Positions 46,414 through 56,190 are shown, numbered from the stretch's first letter. The stretch is 64,000 bases of DNA from an uncultured Gammaproteobacteria bacterium (GCA_964398665.1 CAYNNN010000005.1:2025-66024); one strand, 5' to 3'. Notes: generated by a model from the letters alone, not told the origin. Numbers and translations: made by a program.

Positions 46414-47700
46414 TCAGGGCGTGCTGAATGACCAGGCGCTCAGGTCGCCGGACTCAAAGCCATCACCAAAAAGGGTGGGCACTGTAACAAAGTCGGCCGC
46501 AATGGCCGTGGTGCCGGTGCCACTGTCACCCTCGCGCAGGGTACGCGCATTGTCACGCTGGCTGGCAATACCGGTGGCCTGACCGTTATAGGTGATGCTG
46601 GGGTTGGAAAAATGGGCAACGCGGGTACAGCCCTGGGTACATTGGCTGGAATAGGACATCACGGTGCGAAAACTGCCATTGACATAATGGCCAAATGACC
46701 AGGGATAGGAAGCACTGCCCGCCGCCGGACCGTTGGCCGGGTCGTGTTCCAGGCCGAGATTATGGCCATGTTCATGCGCATAGGTAAGGTTGCCCACCGC
46801 ACAACCGCGCGCGGTCACCTGAAAGGCGCTGGCAGCAAAACTGGTGCTGGGATTACGCATCACGTAGCCCACGCCGCAAAAGCCACCCCCATCCTCCACC
46901 AGCAGACTGACCAGATCGGCCCCGACATTGGCGCGCAGGGTAGCCACGGTACCGTCATTGGCTACCCAGGTCAGGTCGGTGCTGGTATTGCCGCTGTCGT
47001 CATGGTCGGCCAGCCCGGTGTACACCAGATTGAACTGGGCGGGGACGTTACTGTTGCCAAAGGCAGTGTTGGCATTGTCCACCGCTGCCTGGGCAGTGGC
47101 TTCGATATTGGCCACCCCACCGGCCGCATCCCGCGCCTGCGGGGTATACAGCACCATGACATCAATCAGGGCATTGGCCGCCCCGACCCGGCTGGTTCCG
47201 GAAGGGGTCATGGCAGAGGCGGCATGATCAGGGTCAGGGGCTTCCAGGGCGCCGCCACAGGTGGGAAATTGGGCCTGATCCAGTTGCCGCAACTGGTAGC
47301 CGCCGGTAACCGGAAGCAGCTCATAGACATGCTTCGGGGCCAGCAGCAGCCCGTACAGCACACCTTTCTTGTAGGTCAGCGTCACCTGCCCGGTCTGGTC
47401 CTGGGCGGCGGGGTACTGACCACGCCAGACATAATCCCCACCACTGCGGGCCTGGACTGTTTGCCGCAAGGCGCTCAGGACAGTGCCATCGGGCAGGGGC
47501 AGCTCGATCCGGGCGCTGTTGCCGGCCGCCAGCGCCGTAGCCGCATCCACCTGTAGGCTATGGGCGCTGACGACGGCCGGGGCCAGTTGGGGATTGAGAT
47601 CGGCTGCCCCGACGATGTGATACAACGCATCGGCCCCGGCGGGGCGCAACAACCCGCTGATCAAGCCAAAACCGATAGCACCAGGACCCAGGCGTCGCAT
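46414..47700 (-). CDS. Secreted M12-type (reprolysin-like) metzincin with C-terminal FxDGFE tail
   Basis: HEHGHNLGLEHD zinc motif, RTVMSY Met-turn, prodomain-like N-terminus, ends LFGDGFESGDLSAWSFSTP. Start uncertain. Confidence 0.85.
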   Translation of the reverse strand: MRRLGPGAIGFGLISGLLRPAGADALYHIVGAADLNPQLAPAVVSAHSLQVDAATALAAGNSARIELPLPDGTVLSALRQTVQARSGGDYVWRGQYPAAQDQTGQVTLTYKKGVLYGLLLAPKHVYELLPVTGGYQLRQLDQAQFPTCGGALEAPDPDHAASAMTPSGTSRVGAANALIDVMVLYTPQARDAAGGVANIEATAQAAVDNANTAFGNSNVPAQFNLVYTGLADHDDSGNTSTDLTWVANDGTVATLRANVGADLVSLLVEDGGGFCGVGYVMRNPSTSFAASAFQVTARGCAVGNLTYAHEHGHNLGLEHDPANGPAAGSASYPWSFGHYVNGSFRTVMSYSSQCTQGCTRVAHFSNPSITYNGQATGIASQRDNARTLREGDSGTGTTAIAADFVTVPTLFGDGFESGDLSAWSFSTP

Positions 47701-47764
47701 ATTCAATGATTCCACGATGGCAGAAGGGAAACTGTAACGTGAACGGCGCCAGGCGGCAAGCCAC

Positions 47765-49936
47765 TTACGGGTATAGCTCTCGCAGCGGGCTGGGCAGGTT
47801 GATGCCATAGCCTTGGGCATAATCAATACGCATGGTCTGCAATTTCAGGATGATGTCGGTATTCTCCGCATACTCGGCGATGGTCTTTAGCCCCATCAGA
47901 TGCCCTATCTGGTTGATGGCCTCGACCATGGCACAATCCACATTGTCATCCAGGATGTCGCGCACGAAACTGCCGTCAATTTTCAGGTAATCTACCGGCA
48001 GGTTGCGCAGATAGCTGAATGAGGACAATCCAATGCCGAAATCGTCCAGCGCAAAGCTACATCCTAGGGCGCGCAGTTGCTGCATGAACAGGCTGGCGCG
48101 GGCCAGATTGCCGATGGCGGCCGTTTCGGTAATCTCGAAACACCAGCGGGCGCCGGATAACCCAGCGTCCCGCAATTGATCCTGAATGAACTCCAGCATC
48201 CCCTCGTCACTGATGGAAGTGCCGGAAAGATTTACCGCACACAGCGGCGGCACCTGACCCAGTTGGAGCAATCGGCGCTGAAACTGGGCGACCTGGCGCA
48301 CCACCCAGCGATCAATCTGGGGCATGAGCCGGTAGCGTTCCGCCGCAGGAATGAAGCTGTCCGGCGGCACCATCCGCCCGTGGTCATCCCGCAGACGCAA
48401 CAGGATTTCATGGTGATGAGGCCGGACCCCCTTTGGCAGGGCGAGATCAAGAATGGACTGATAATAAAGTTCAAATTCGTTGCGCTCCAGCGCACCGGAA
48501 ATGCGGGAGGCCCAGTCCATTTCCCGGCGCCGGCGCAAGCTTTCATCGCTGCTTTCCTGATAGACATGAACCCGGTTCCCGGTTTCCTTGGCGGTATAGC
48601 AGGCCACATCAGCAGCGCTCATGAGTTCGGAGAGGCTGCTGCTATGGGGATTGATCAGCACAAAACCAATGCTGACGGCGACTTCAAAGCGCCGTTCCTT
48701 CCAAGTAAAGCGAAATTCCCGCACCGCGCTGCGCAGGTTTTCCGCCACCAGCAGGCCCTGCTCCTGCGGGCAATGATCCAGTAACACACCGAACTCATCG
48801 CCGCCCAGGCGGGCGACCAGGTCACTGTGCCGCACTTTGGCCTGAAACAGGGCGCTGAGCTGACAGAGCAGGCGGTCGCCCGCGATATGACCGCAGGTGT
48901 CATTGACAATTTTGAAATAATCCAGATCCAGATACAACAGACTATGGGTTTTGCCATCACGTTGCGCGCCGCCCAGGGCCAATTCTACCCGGCGTTCAAA
49001 CTCACGCCGGTTGGCCAGGCCCGTGAGCGGGTCATGGGTCGCCTGCCAGGCCAGCCGGTTGGCCATATCGCGGGCCAGAGTGACATCGTGGAACGCAAAC
49101 ACCGCACCGGTGATTTGGTGATGCGCCGTGTGGATGGGCGCTGCCGAACCTTCGATGGCAAGTCGGTCACCATCCTGGCGGACCAGGGTCAACTGATGCA
49201 CCCGGCGCAGCAGGCGACGTTCCCGCAATACCTGAGTCAGCGGGCATTCCAGTGGCTGACCGGAGCTTTCATGGAGTAAATGAAACGCTTGATCCACCGA
49301 CTGACCCAGCAGTTCGGCGGCGGTATAGCCCAGCATCTTCTCGGCGGCCGGGTTCAGATAACTGATACGGCCTTCCAGGTCGGCACTCACAATGCCCTCG
49401 GCGATGGCTTCCAGGGTAATGCGGGATTTTTCCTTTTCCTCAAACAGCGCACGCTCGGCCTGATAGGAACGCAAGGCCGTAACCAGTGTGGAAAACAGCT
49501 TCTGGGCCGTCAGTTCGGTCTTGGCCTTGTAGTCGTTGATGTCGTACTGGATGATGACCTGCCGTTCCGGGGCCTGGCCGGGCTGCCCGGTACGCAGAAT
49601 GATGCGGACAAAGTTATTTTTCAACTCGTTGCGGATGAATTCCACCAGACGCAGGCCCGCATCGTCACGATCCATGACCACGTCCAGCAGGGCTACGGCC
49701 AAATCGGGATGGGCCCGCAACAAGGTTTGTGTCTCGGCCATCGAGTGCGCACTGAGCAAGTCCAGCCCGCGCCCGGCGAATTGAAAGCCATGCAGGGCCA
49801 GCCGGGTGACGTGATGGACATCCACCTCATCGTCTGCGATCAGAACCTTCCAGGGGCTGAGCGGGGCAGTGGCCGTGGGTGCTGGCGCCTCTTCATCGGC
49901 AAACAGGTTTTCTTCGTCGGGGTTATCAGGCGTCAT
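47765..49936 (-). CDS. REC-PAS-GGDEF-EAL c-di-GMP enzyme
   Basis: REC LIADDE, LLDVVM, LRTG, KAK; PAS NPAAEKMLGY; RHSD I-site and GGDEF; EILLRL, EITE, DDFGIG, KIDGSFV, AEY, QGY. Confidence 0.92.
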   Translation of the reverse strand: MTPDNPDEENLFADEEAPAPTATAPLSPWKVLIADDEVDVHHVTRLALHGFQFAGRGLDLLSAHSMAETQTLLRAHPDLAVALLDVVMDRDDAGLRLVEFIRNELKNNFVRIILRTGQPGQAPERQVIIQYDINDYKAKTELTAQKLFSTLVTALRSYQAERALFEEKEKSRITLEAIAEGIVSADLEGRISYLNPAAEKMLGYTAAELLGQSVDQAFHLLHESSGQPLECPLTQVLRERRLLRRVHQLTLVRQDGDRLAIEGSAAPIHTAHHQITGAVFAFHDVTLARDMANRLAWQATHDPLTGLANRREFERRVELALGGAQRDGKTHSLLYLDLDYFKIVNDTCGHIAGDRLLCQLSALFQAKVRHSDLVARLGGDEFGVLLDHCPQEQGLLVAENLRSAVREFRFTWKERRFEVAVSIGFVLINPHSSSLSELMSAADVACYTAKETGNRVHVYQESSDESLRRRREMDWASRISGALERNEFELYYQSILDLALPKGVRPHHHEILLRLRDDHGRMVPPDSFIPAAERYRLMPQIDRWVVRQVAQFQRRLLQLGQVPPLCAVNLSGTSISDEGMLEFIQDQLRDAGLSGARWCFEITETAAIGNLARASLFMQQLRALGCSFALDDFGIGLSSFSYLRNLPVDYLKIDGSFVRDILDDNVDCAMVEAINQIGHLMGLKTIAEYAENTDIILKLQTMRIDYAQGYGINLPSPLRELYP

Positions 49937-52900
49937 GGCGCACCGCGTGCAAGGGTAAGGGAATCTTCAGCGTAAAGTGGGTGCCCAGGCCAGGCTGGCT
50001 GCGGCAGGCAATTTCGCCGCCCAGCGTCCGGGTGACCAGATTATAGGTGATATGCAGCCCCAGGCCGCTACCCCCCGTGCCACGGCGGGTGGTGAAGAAT
50101 GGCTCGTAGATGCGTTTGAGATGGGCGTCCGCAATCCCTTTGCCGTTATCACTCACCTGCAACACCAGCCGTTCTTCGGGACGACGGCGCACCAGTTCAC
50201 GCGGGCCGGTACCGGGTTGCGGCACAGGATAGACATTGCGCACCCAATCCTCTTCAAAGCCCACTTCAATCTGGATCTGGCGCGGGGGCGGCTGGTCTTC
50301 AAAACCGTGCAACACGGCATTGGAAATTAAATTGGTGAGGATTTGGGCAAATACCCCCGGATAACTGGTGATGTACAGGGGTTCCGGGCAAGTGAGCATG
50401 ACCTCAACCTGATTTTTCCGCAGCAGCGGACTCAAGCTGAGCAGAATTTCTTCCAGATAGGGCTTGAGACCAAATTCCCGCTGCGCCTCGCTGGACTGAT
50501 CCACGGCCACCTGCTTGAAACTATGCACCAGATTGGCCGCCCGCTGCATATTGTGTTGCAACATCTGGAAACCTTCCTCGGCCAGTTTCAGGAATTCCTC
50601 CAGCTCGGAGCGCTTCATTTTCCCGGCATTGAAGCTGCCCGTCAGGGTCAGAATGCGCTCATGCAGAAAGCTGGCGGTAGTCACGGCATTACCCAGCGGG
50701 GTATTGATCTCGTGGGCCACACCGGCCACCAGCCCCCCCAGGGAAGCCATTTTCTCGGACTGAACCAGGCGCTCCTGCGTTTCTTTCAACAACCGCAGGG
50801 CATTGCTCACCTCCTCCTTTTCCTTGCGCAAGGCCAGGGTACGTTCGGAAACCTGCAAGTTCAGAAAATTGCTGGCATAGCCGAGCGTAAAGGGCAGATC
50901 CACGGCCCAGCGCAGCAGCAAAGGCAGCAAAAAGAGCGCGGTAAAGACGCTGGTCAGAATCGCCACGCTGGTATACATCGCCAGACCCCAGATATTCGCC
51001 AGATCCGTGAGAAACAGCGGCAACAGGCTCAACAGCAGGACCACCACGGCCAGGACCACGCCGGAACCGGTGGTGCTCAGGGTTTGCTTCAACGCTTCAT
51101 TCAGGTCTTCGCTACGTTCGTATTCAACCCGAAAGCGGGCAGCCAGATAGATGCAGTAATCCACACCCAGCCCCATGGCGATGCTGAGCGTGACCAGATT
51201 GCCAAAATGCAGGTTGCCGCCCCAGTTGCCAACACTGCTGAAATAACCGCCCAGGCCGTATTGGGTAATCAACGTGATGCTGACCATCAGCATGATCAGG
51301 GTTGCCATGAGCAGAGAACGAAACATCCAGGTGATCACACCCCCGACCAGCAAGGCGGTCAACAAGGGATTGAGCAGCCAGTTTTCGGCGCTGATTTCGC
51401 GGCTGGCTTCCGTGGTACCGGCAAACCCGCCGATGCCGACTTCAGGCCGCAGTTGGGGCAAACCCAGCGCCACCGGGCGAAACTGGGGGTCGTCCCGGTG
51501 GAGCTTGATATAGGTCCGGATCCGCTCCAGGGTCGCATGGACGGACTTCGGGTCCAGGGTTTTGATATAGCCGATGATCTGGGCATTGCCATAGTCATAG
51601 TCCACTACCGAACTGAAATCACCCGAGTCCGCACCCATGGCGTAGGTAAAAATATATTGCTCGACCAGCTCAGGATCGTCCGGCAGGCGCCAATAGGCCG
51701 GATCGTTGTTGTGCAGGCTCTGATTCAGCAGGCGCAGATACTGGCTGAATGACACCGTATACCCGACATTGGGGTCCTGATGCAGAAAACTTTCCAATTC
51801 ATCAATTGCTTGTAGCACTTCAAGCCGCTTGAATGCGCCGGGTTCCCTGCCCAGAAGCGGGATGTTGAACGACACCACGCCCGGCATCATCCGGTTGAGC
51901 TGATTCAAGTCCTGAATCAGCGGACTGCTGGGCTTGAAGGCCGCCTCCGGGTAATGAATGCCCAATTCCAGGCGCGGGATGAACAGCGCTGAAACGCCAA
52001 CCAAACCCAGGCTCAAACCGACCGGCAGCCACTTCCAGGGCCCGGTCAGCAACTTCAACACACCCTGCCCCAGACGGGCCTCCCAGGTGCGTACCGTGTG
52101 ATCTGCGGGTAACGGTTTGTGGGACACCCACATGACCAGCAGCAGGGGCAGCAGGGTGGTGGTGGTCAACAACAGGCTGAACATGCCGAACATGCCGAAG
52201 TAGGCGTAATCCCGGTAAAAGGAAATGTCCACCCAGGCGAGACTAAAGAAGCCTACCACATCGGTCAGGATGGCCATGCTGGCCGGGAACAGGGTATGCC
52301 GGATCGCCCGTTGCGCAGCCAGTTGCGGGGGCTGGGTATGCAGCTCATCACCATAACGGCGCATGATCTGCACGGCATGACCAATGCCGATGGCAAAGAT
52401 CAGCACCGGAGTCAGCACCATCATGGTGGTCAGCTCAAAGCGGGTCAGTCCCATCAGGCCCAGGGTCCAGAGGATGCTGATGCTGACTGTCAGCACCGGC
52501 AACAAGGCCAGCCGCCAGGAACGGGATTCGGCATACAACACGGCCAGGACCAGCAGCAGGGAGAGCAGGAACCAGTGCCAATGCTGGGCCAGATTGACCA
52601 GCATTGAAGCCAGAAAATAAGGTTCTCCGGAAACATAGACCTGCAAGCGATCATCGGCACGCGTCTGGGCCAGCAAGGCCTGAAAGGCCAGCACCCAGGT
52701 ATAATACTGGTTCTTGATGCTGCTATCGAAGTCGGCAATGATGAAAGTGGCTTTACGGTCTTCTGAAAGCAGCATGGGCCGCAGGATGGGGTTGGTTTCC
52801 AGCCCCGTACGCAACACCGTCAAAGCTGCTTCGGCTGCCACCGGATCATCGGGCAGACCCTCGCGGGGCAGCAGGCGGCGGATATCCAGACCATCCTCGG

Positions 52901-53282
52901 TGCCCCGGATATAGCGCACCTTCTTGGCGGCGATGGAAATGAAATTCTCTGGCCGGGCGCCGGGCAGGGCCGCCAGGTGCTGATGGAGCTGGCGCACCGC
53001 ATTGATGAACCAGGGCTGATAGATATCCCCTTCACGCACCGCCAGGCCAATGACCACCAGGTTACCCATGCCAAAAGTCTGTTCTACATAATTGTTGGTC
53101 TGCACATGGGGGTTGCGTAGCGGGAGCAGGGAATCCGGATCGTTGCGGATGATGATCCGGGGAATCTGGGTCAGCGCCAGCCCGGTCAGGATGATGACCA
53201 GCCCCAGCAACCAGAACCGTCCCCGCACCGCAGCGGCCGCGTAGCGTTCTGGCCAGGCCGGGGTCGGCGCACTAGAAGGCAT
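49926..53282 (-). CDS. MMPL/RND-family membrane protein fused to a C-terminal histidine kinase
   Basis: About 790 aa MMPL-like (TM motifs AIGIGHAVQ, GLGVDY), then QVSERT coiled coil, SEKMASLG, VAHEINTPLG, NLISNA, DNGKG, EPFFTT, GSGLGL; one open frame. Confidence 0.9.
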   Translation of the reverse strand: MPSSAPTPAWPERYAAAAVRGRFWLLGLVIILTGLALTQIPRIIIRNDPDSLLPLRNPHVQTNNYVEQTFGMGNLVVIGLAVREGDIYQPWFINAVRQLHQHLAALPGARPENFISIAAKKVRYIRGTEDGLDIRRLLPREGLPDDPVAAEAALTVLRTGLETNPILRPMLLSEDRKATFIIADFDSSIKNQYYTWVLAFQALLAQTRADDRLQVYVSGEPYFLASMLVNLAQHWHWFLLSLLLVLAVLYAESRSWRLALLPVLTVSISILWTLGLMGLTRFELTTMMVLTPVLIFAIGIGHAVQIMRRYGDELHTQPPQLAAQRAIRHTLFPASMAILTDVVGFFSLAWVDISFYRDYAYFGMFGMFSLLLTTTTLLPLLLVMWVSHKPLPADHTVRTWEARLGQGVLKLLTGPWKWLPVGLSLGLVGVSALFIPRLELGIHYPEAAFKPSSPLIQDLNQLNRMMPGVVSFNIPLLGREPGAFKRLEVLQAIDELESFLHQDPNVGYTVSFSQYLRLLNQSLHNNDPAYWRLPDDPELVEQYIFTYAMGADSGDFSSVVDYDYGNAQIIGYIKTLDPKSVHATLERIRTYIKLHRDDPQFRPVALGLPQLRPEVGIGGFAGTTEASREISAENWLLNPLLTALLVGGVITWMFRSLLMATLIMLMVSITLITQYGLGGYFSSVGNWGGNLHFGNLVTLSIAMGLGVDYCIYLAARFRVEYERSEDLNEALKQTLSTTGSGVVLAVVVLLLSLLPLFLTDLANIWGLAMYTSVAILTSVFTALFLLPLLLRWAVDLPFTLGYASNFLNLQVSERTLALRKEKEEVSNALRLLKETQERLVQSEKMASLGGLVAGVAHEINTPLGNAVTTASFLHERILTLTGSFNAGKMKRSELEEFLKLAEEGFQMLQHNMQRAANLVHSFKQVAVDQSSEAQREFGLKPYLEEILLSLSPLLRKNQVEVMLTCPEPLYITSYPGVFAQILTNLISNAVLHGFEDQPPPRQIQIEVGFEEDWVRNVYPVPQPGTGPRELVRRRPEERLVLQVSDNGKGIADAHLKRIYEPFFTTRRGTGGSGLGLHITYNLVTRTLGGEIACRSQPGLGTHFTLKIPLPLHAVRHDA

Positions 53283-55197
53283 AACGCACCCCCAGGGTCA
53301 AGCCGGAACCGCGCCCGGCAAATTGACCCAGCAGACTGTCCTCGGTGCCAAAATATAGATTACTTTCCAGGGTATAGGTCAACTGGTCGCTGCTATCATA
53401 ACTGAGCTGGAACTGATCCCAGTAGCCGCCATCGGCATCAGCCAGCAACAGATTGCTCAGGCGCAGGCGTTCATTCAGAGCGCTGGTGGCCAGATACAGG
53501 CTGAAAAAATTCTGATACCGGGCGCCGGCCCGTAACCCGTTGCTCAGATTCACGGTTGCAAAATCGGCGCTGACCCGGCGATAAGCCTCCCCCGTCACCG
53601 GATTGAGCACGGTAGCCCCCAGGCTGTCCTGGGCGGCGCTGGGGGCATCCACATAGTCCAGGTTGATGAACTGGATAAACTGCACGCTGGTAAACAGGTT
53701 GCGCAGAAATGTCCTGTCCAGGCCAATGACATAACGCAAATAATCTGCCGGTTCCTGACGCAGGCCCGCCGCCAGGTCGCCCACTGCCGCGTAACCAAAA
53801 TCCACCACCGGCTGGCGGTCATCCAGGTTCAGCAGTACCTCACCCCGCAGCACGACCGGCCCCCAGCGCGTTTCCAGTTGGCTGTCGAAACTGCCCCCCA
53901 GGCTGTGAACCCGGTGCAATCGCTCGGTAAATACCAGACTGAGCGCATCCCCTGCGGGCGTCTGGTCTGAGGCATTGCTGGGATGAGCCGGGCTACCCGA
54001 GTAAATCTGCCCATCCGCGCCCTGAAAGCCGGTGATGGACAGCGGCGCACCGCTGGCATTGGGCTGGCGGGCATAAACCGGCGTCACGGGCTGACCGCCG
54101 GCCTCGTAGTGCAGGCCGACCTGAGGGTCGTTACTCCAATGATAATAATAATTCAGGGAATAACGGGTGGGGCCGGATTTACCCTTCCAGCGCAGACCCA
54201 GATTGCTGGCTTCCAGGGTCAGGGAATTGGGGTAACGGCGCTGATAACGGCTGGTCAGCCCGGCAAAGTTCAGATTGGTCTCAAAGGTAGCCAGGGCCGT
54301 TATTTCAAAGAGAGAGTCCGTCCGGCCATCTCCAGCGCTGAGCAAGGCCGCTTCATAGGCAGCGCTGGGCAGTTTGAGCTGACCGATGGCCTGGGTAATG
54401 GCCGGATTCAACCCGACGCCCGGCATCAGCACCCCGGTGTTGAACACAGTCTGGGCGGCCCACTGGCCGGGGGCAGGCTGACCCAATTGCTGGCTCAGAC
54501 CGCTGGCCAGCGTACCCAGACGGCCCGCCAGCGGCGCAAACCCGTAAACCGGGCCGGTGATGGCATCTATTCCCTTGAATACAAATGGATGACCTACATC
54601 ACCCCCGGCATCCAGCCCCGGATATTGGTTAGCCTTGACATCCGGGACCCAGACCCATTGCAGCGCCTGTTCCTCACCCAGACGCCACTCGCCTTTGGCC
54701 ATCCAGAGCGTGACCCGAAAATCTTCAAAGGTGTTTTGATAGAATTCCCGAAAATCACTGGGATTAATAATATCCAGCAGCTTGATCCCGTCTGCCGTGC
54801 CCCAGACGACCTGCTGTTTGCCCAGGCGCAGGCTGAAGTTCTCCTGCGTCCAGTCCAGATAGGCTTCCCGCAATGGATCGGCGGTCGTGCCCCGGCGCGG
54901 ATAGGCGTAACGCTGCGCCAGCGCTTGGTGGGGACATACCCGCTTGCTCAGTGGGTCGTCATCCTGACAATAATCCCAGGTCGCATCGTAGTAGAGCCGG
55001 GGTTGCAGATGCAGTTGCAACTGTTCGTTGAAGGTATAGTTGGCAAACAGGTCCAGGGACCACTCGCTGCGGCTGAGGTCTCGGCCCGCTTGCCAGCGCA
55101 TGGTGGTCTCGTTGCGGGCCAGACCCGTCAGCGCCCATTCGCCCGCATGACCATCCGCAGCAACCAGCAGGGCACAGCTCAATATCAGCAGTCGCAT
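53272..55197 (-). CDS. DUF1302-like outer-membrane beta-barrel
   Basis: Signal peptide, LREAYLDW, LGKQQVVWGTADG, DIINPSD, terminal VRYAF. Confidence 0.78.
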   Translation of the reverse strand: MRLLILSCALLVAADGHAGEWALTGLARNETTMRWQAGRDLSRSEWSLDLFANYTFNEQLQLHLQPRLYYDATWDYCQDDDPLSKRVCPHQALAQRYAYPRRGTTADPLREAYLDWTQENFSLRLGKQQVVWGTADGIKLLDIINPSDFREFYQNTFEDFRVTLWMAKGEWRLGEEQALQWVWVPDVKANQYPGLDAGGDVGHPFVFKGIDAITGPVYGFAPLAGRLGTLASGLSQQLGQPAPGQWAAQTVFNTGVLMPGVGLNPAITQAIGQLKLPSAAYEAALLSAGDGRTDSLFEITALATFETNLNFAGLTSRYQRRYPNSLTLEASNLGLRWKGKSGPTRYSLNYYYHWSNDPQVGLHYEAGGQPVTPVYARQPNASGAPLSITGFQGADGQIYSGSPAHPSNASDQTPAGDALSLVFTERLHRVHSLGGSFDSQLETRWGPVVLRGEVLLNLDDRQPVVDFGYAAVGDLAAGLRQEPADYLRYVIGLDRTFLRNLFTSVQFIQFINLDYVDAPSAAQDSLGATVLNPVTGEAYRRVSADFATVNLSNGLRAGARYQNFFSLYLATSALNERLRLSNLLLADADGGYWDQFQLSYDSSDQLTYTLESNLYFGTEDSLLGQFAGRGSGLTLGVRYAF

Positions 55198-55206
55198 CCG
55201 GCCCCC

Positions 55207-56190
55207 CTAACGCTCGGTCCGTTCCAGATGGGCGATACTCCAGGTATCGTCCGGTAAATCGGCATTCCAGGCACTGGTCTCGGGTGGAATGACCGCCATG
55301 CTTTCATGGCCACTGGCCAGCGTTTTGCCATACCACATCACCCAGTACACAGCGCGGAGGTCAGCCACATCCGCACTGCCGGGATGCTGGCGCATCGGGC
55401 GCCAATCCCGGTCGATGATCTTGACCAGCTGGCCGTTTTTGTAGCTCAGGGTGCGATAATCGGCAAAGCTTTCCTGATCCACCCAGGAAATCCGGTAGTC
55501 GTACCAATAATCCTTGAAGGTGGTCGTACTCTTGATGACATAACAGGGCCGGGGTGCAAAATCCTCGTGTGCCTGCGGTTGATAGGCCATGAAAACCTGC
55601 TGTTGCTCCGGCGGAATGCTGATGACATGCAGACGCCCGCCCCCTTCCTGCGCCTGCGCAAACGGCTCGACCCGCAGTAGTTCATGGGTCTCATGCTCCG
55701 GGCGGCGCAAGGATACATCATCAAAGTTCCAGTCGGTGCCCGCATAAGCATCATCATGATTAGGCTGGGTAAATCGCCTTGGCTTGCGTAGGGCGGGCAA
55801 CCAGACGACCAGCTCCTGGCTACGGCTGCTGTCCAGAAAATCCGAGATTAAAAATGCCGTCCCGTTGACGGCTGCCGGATAGCGGAAGATGGCGATATCC
55901 TGCGCCAACAACGGGGAATTTTCCGGAAACGCATTGCGCAGGAAACGCTCCAGGGTACGAAACCGGTATTTGCCTTCGCCGTTACGATAGACCAGATAGG
56001 GAATGCTGGCGCCCTGTTTGCGGATGGCATAATTGCGCACGGCCCGGAAGTGGTTGACATACCAGACCTGGGCCATGATGTTGGCTGGACTGGGCGCAGC
56101 GTCAGGATAGGCCACATCCACCGCAGGCGCCCCGTTGGCAACCCCGCTGCCCAGCCACAGCAACAGGGTCATCATGAGAATGGCTTGCAT
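55207..56190 (-). CDS. LolA-like / DUF1329-type periplasmic lipid-carrier-like protein
   Basis: Signal peptide, GTAFL, WLPALRKPRRF, GTDWNFDDV, YKNGQLVK. Confidence 0.78.
   Translation of the reverse strand: MQAILMMTLLLWLGSGVANGAPAVDVAYPDAAPSPANIMAQVWYVNHFRAVRNYAIRKQGASIPYLVYRNGEGKYRFRTLERFLRNAFPENSPLLAQDIAIFRYPAAVNGTAFLISDFLDSSRSQELVVWLPALRKPRRFTQPNHDDAYAGTDWNFDDVSLRRPEHETHELLRVEPFAQAQEGGGRLHVISIPPEQQQVFMAYQPQAHEDFAPRPCYVIKSTTTFKDYWYDYRISWVDQESFADYRTLSYKNGQLVKIIDRDWRPMRQHPGSADVADLRAVYWVMWYGKTLASGHESMAVIPPETSAWNADLPDDTWSIAHLERTER

Noticed and set aside
52340-52410. Missing TM4 aspartate in the MMPL-kinase as proof that it no longer transports
   Set aside because: As I recall, HxVQ-type TM4 motifs are normal in DUF1302-associated RND proteins, and the TM10 Asp-Tyr is kept, so this is not evidence of loss of transport.
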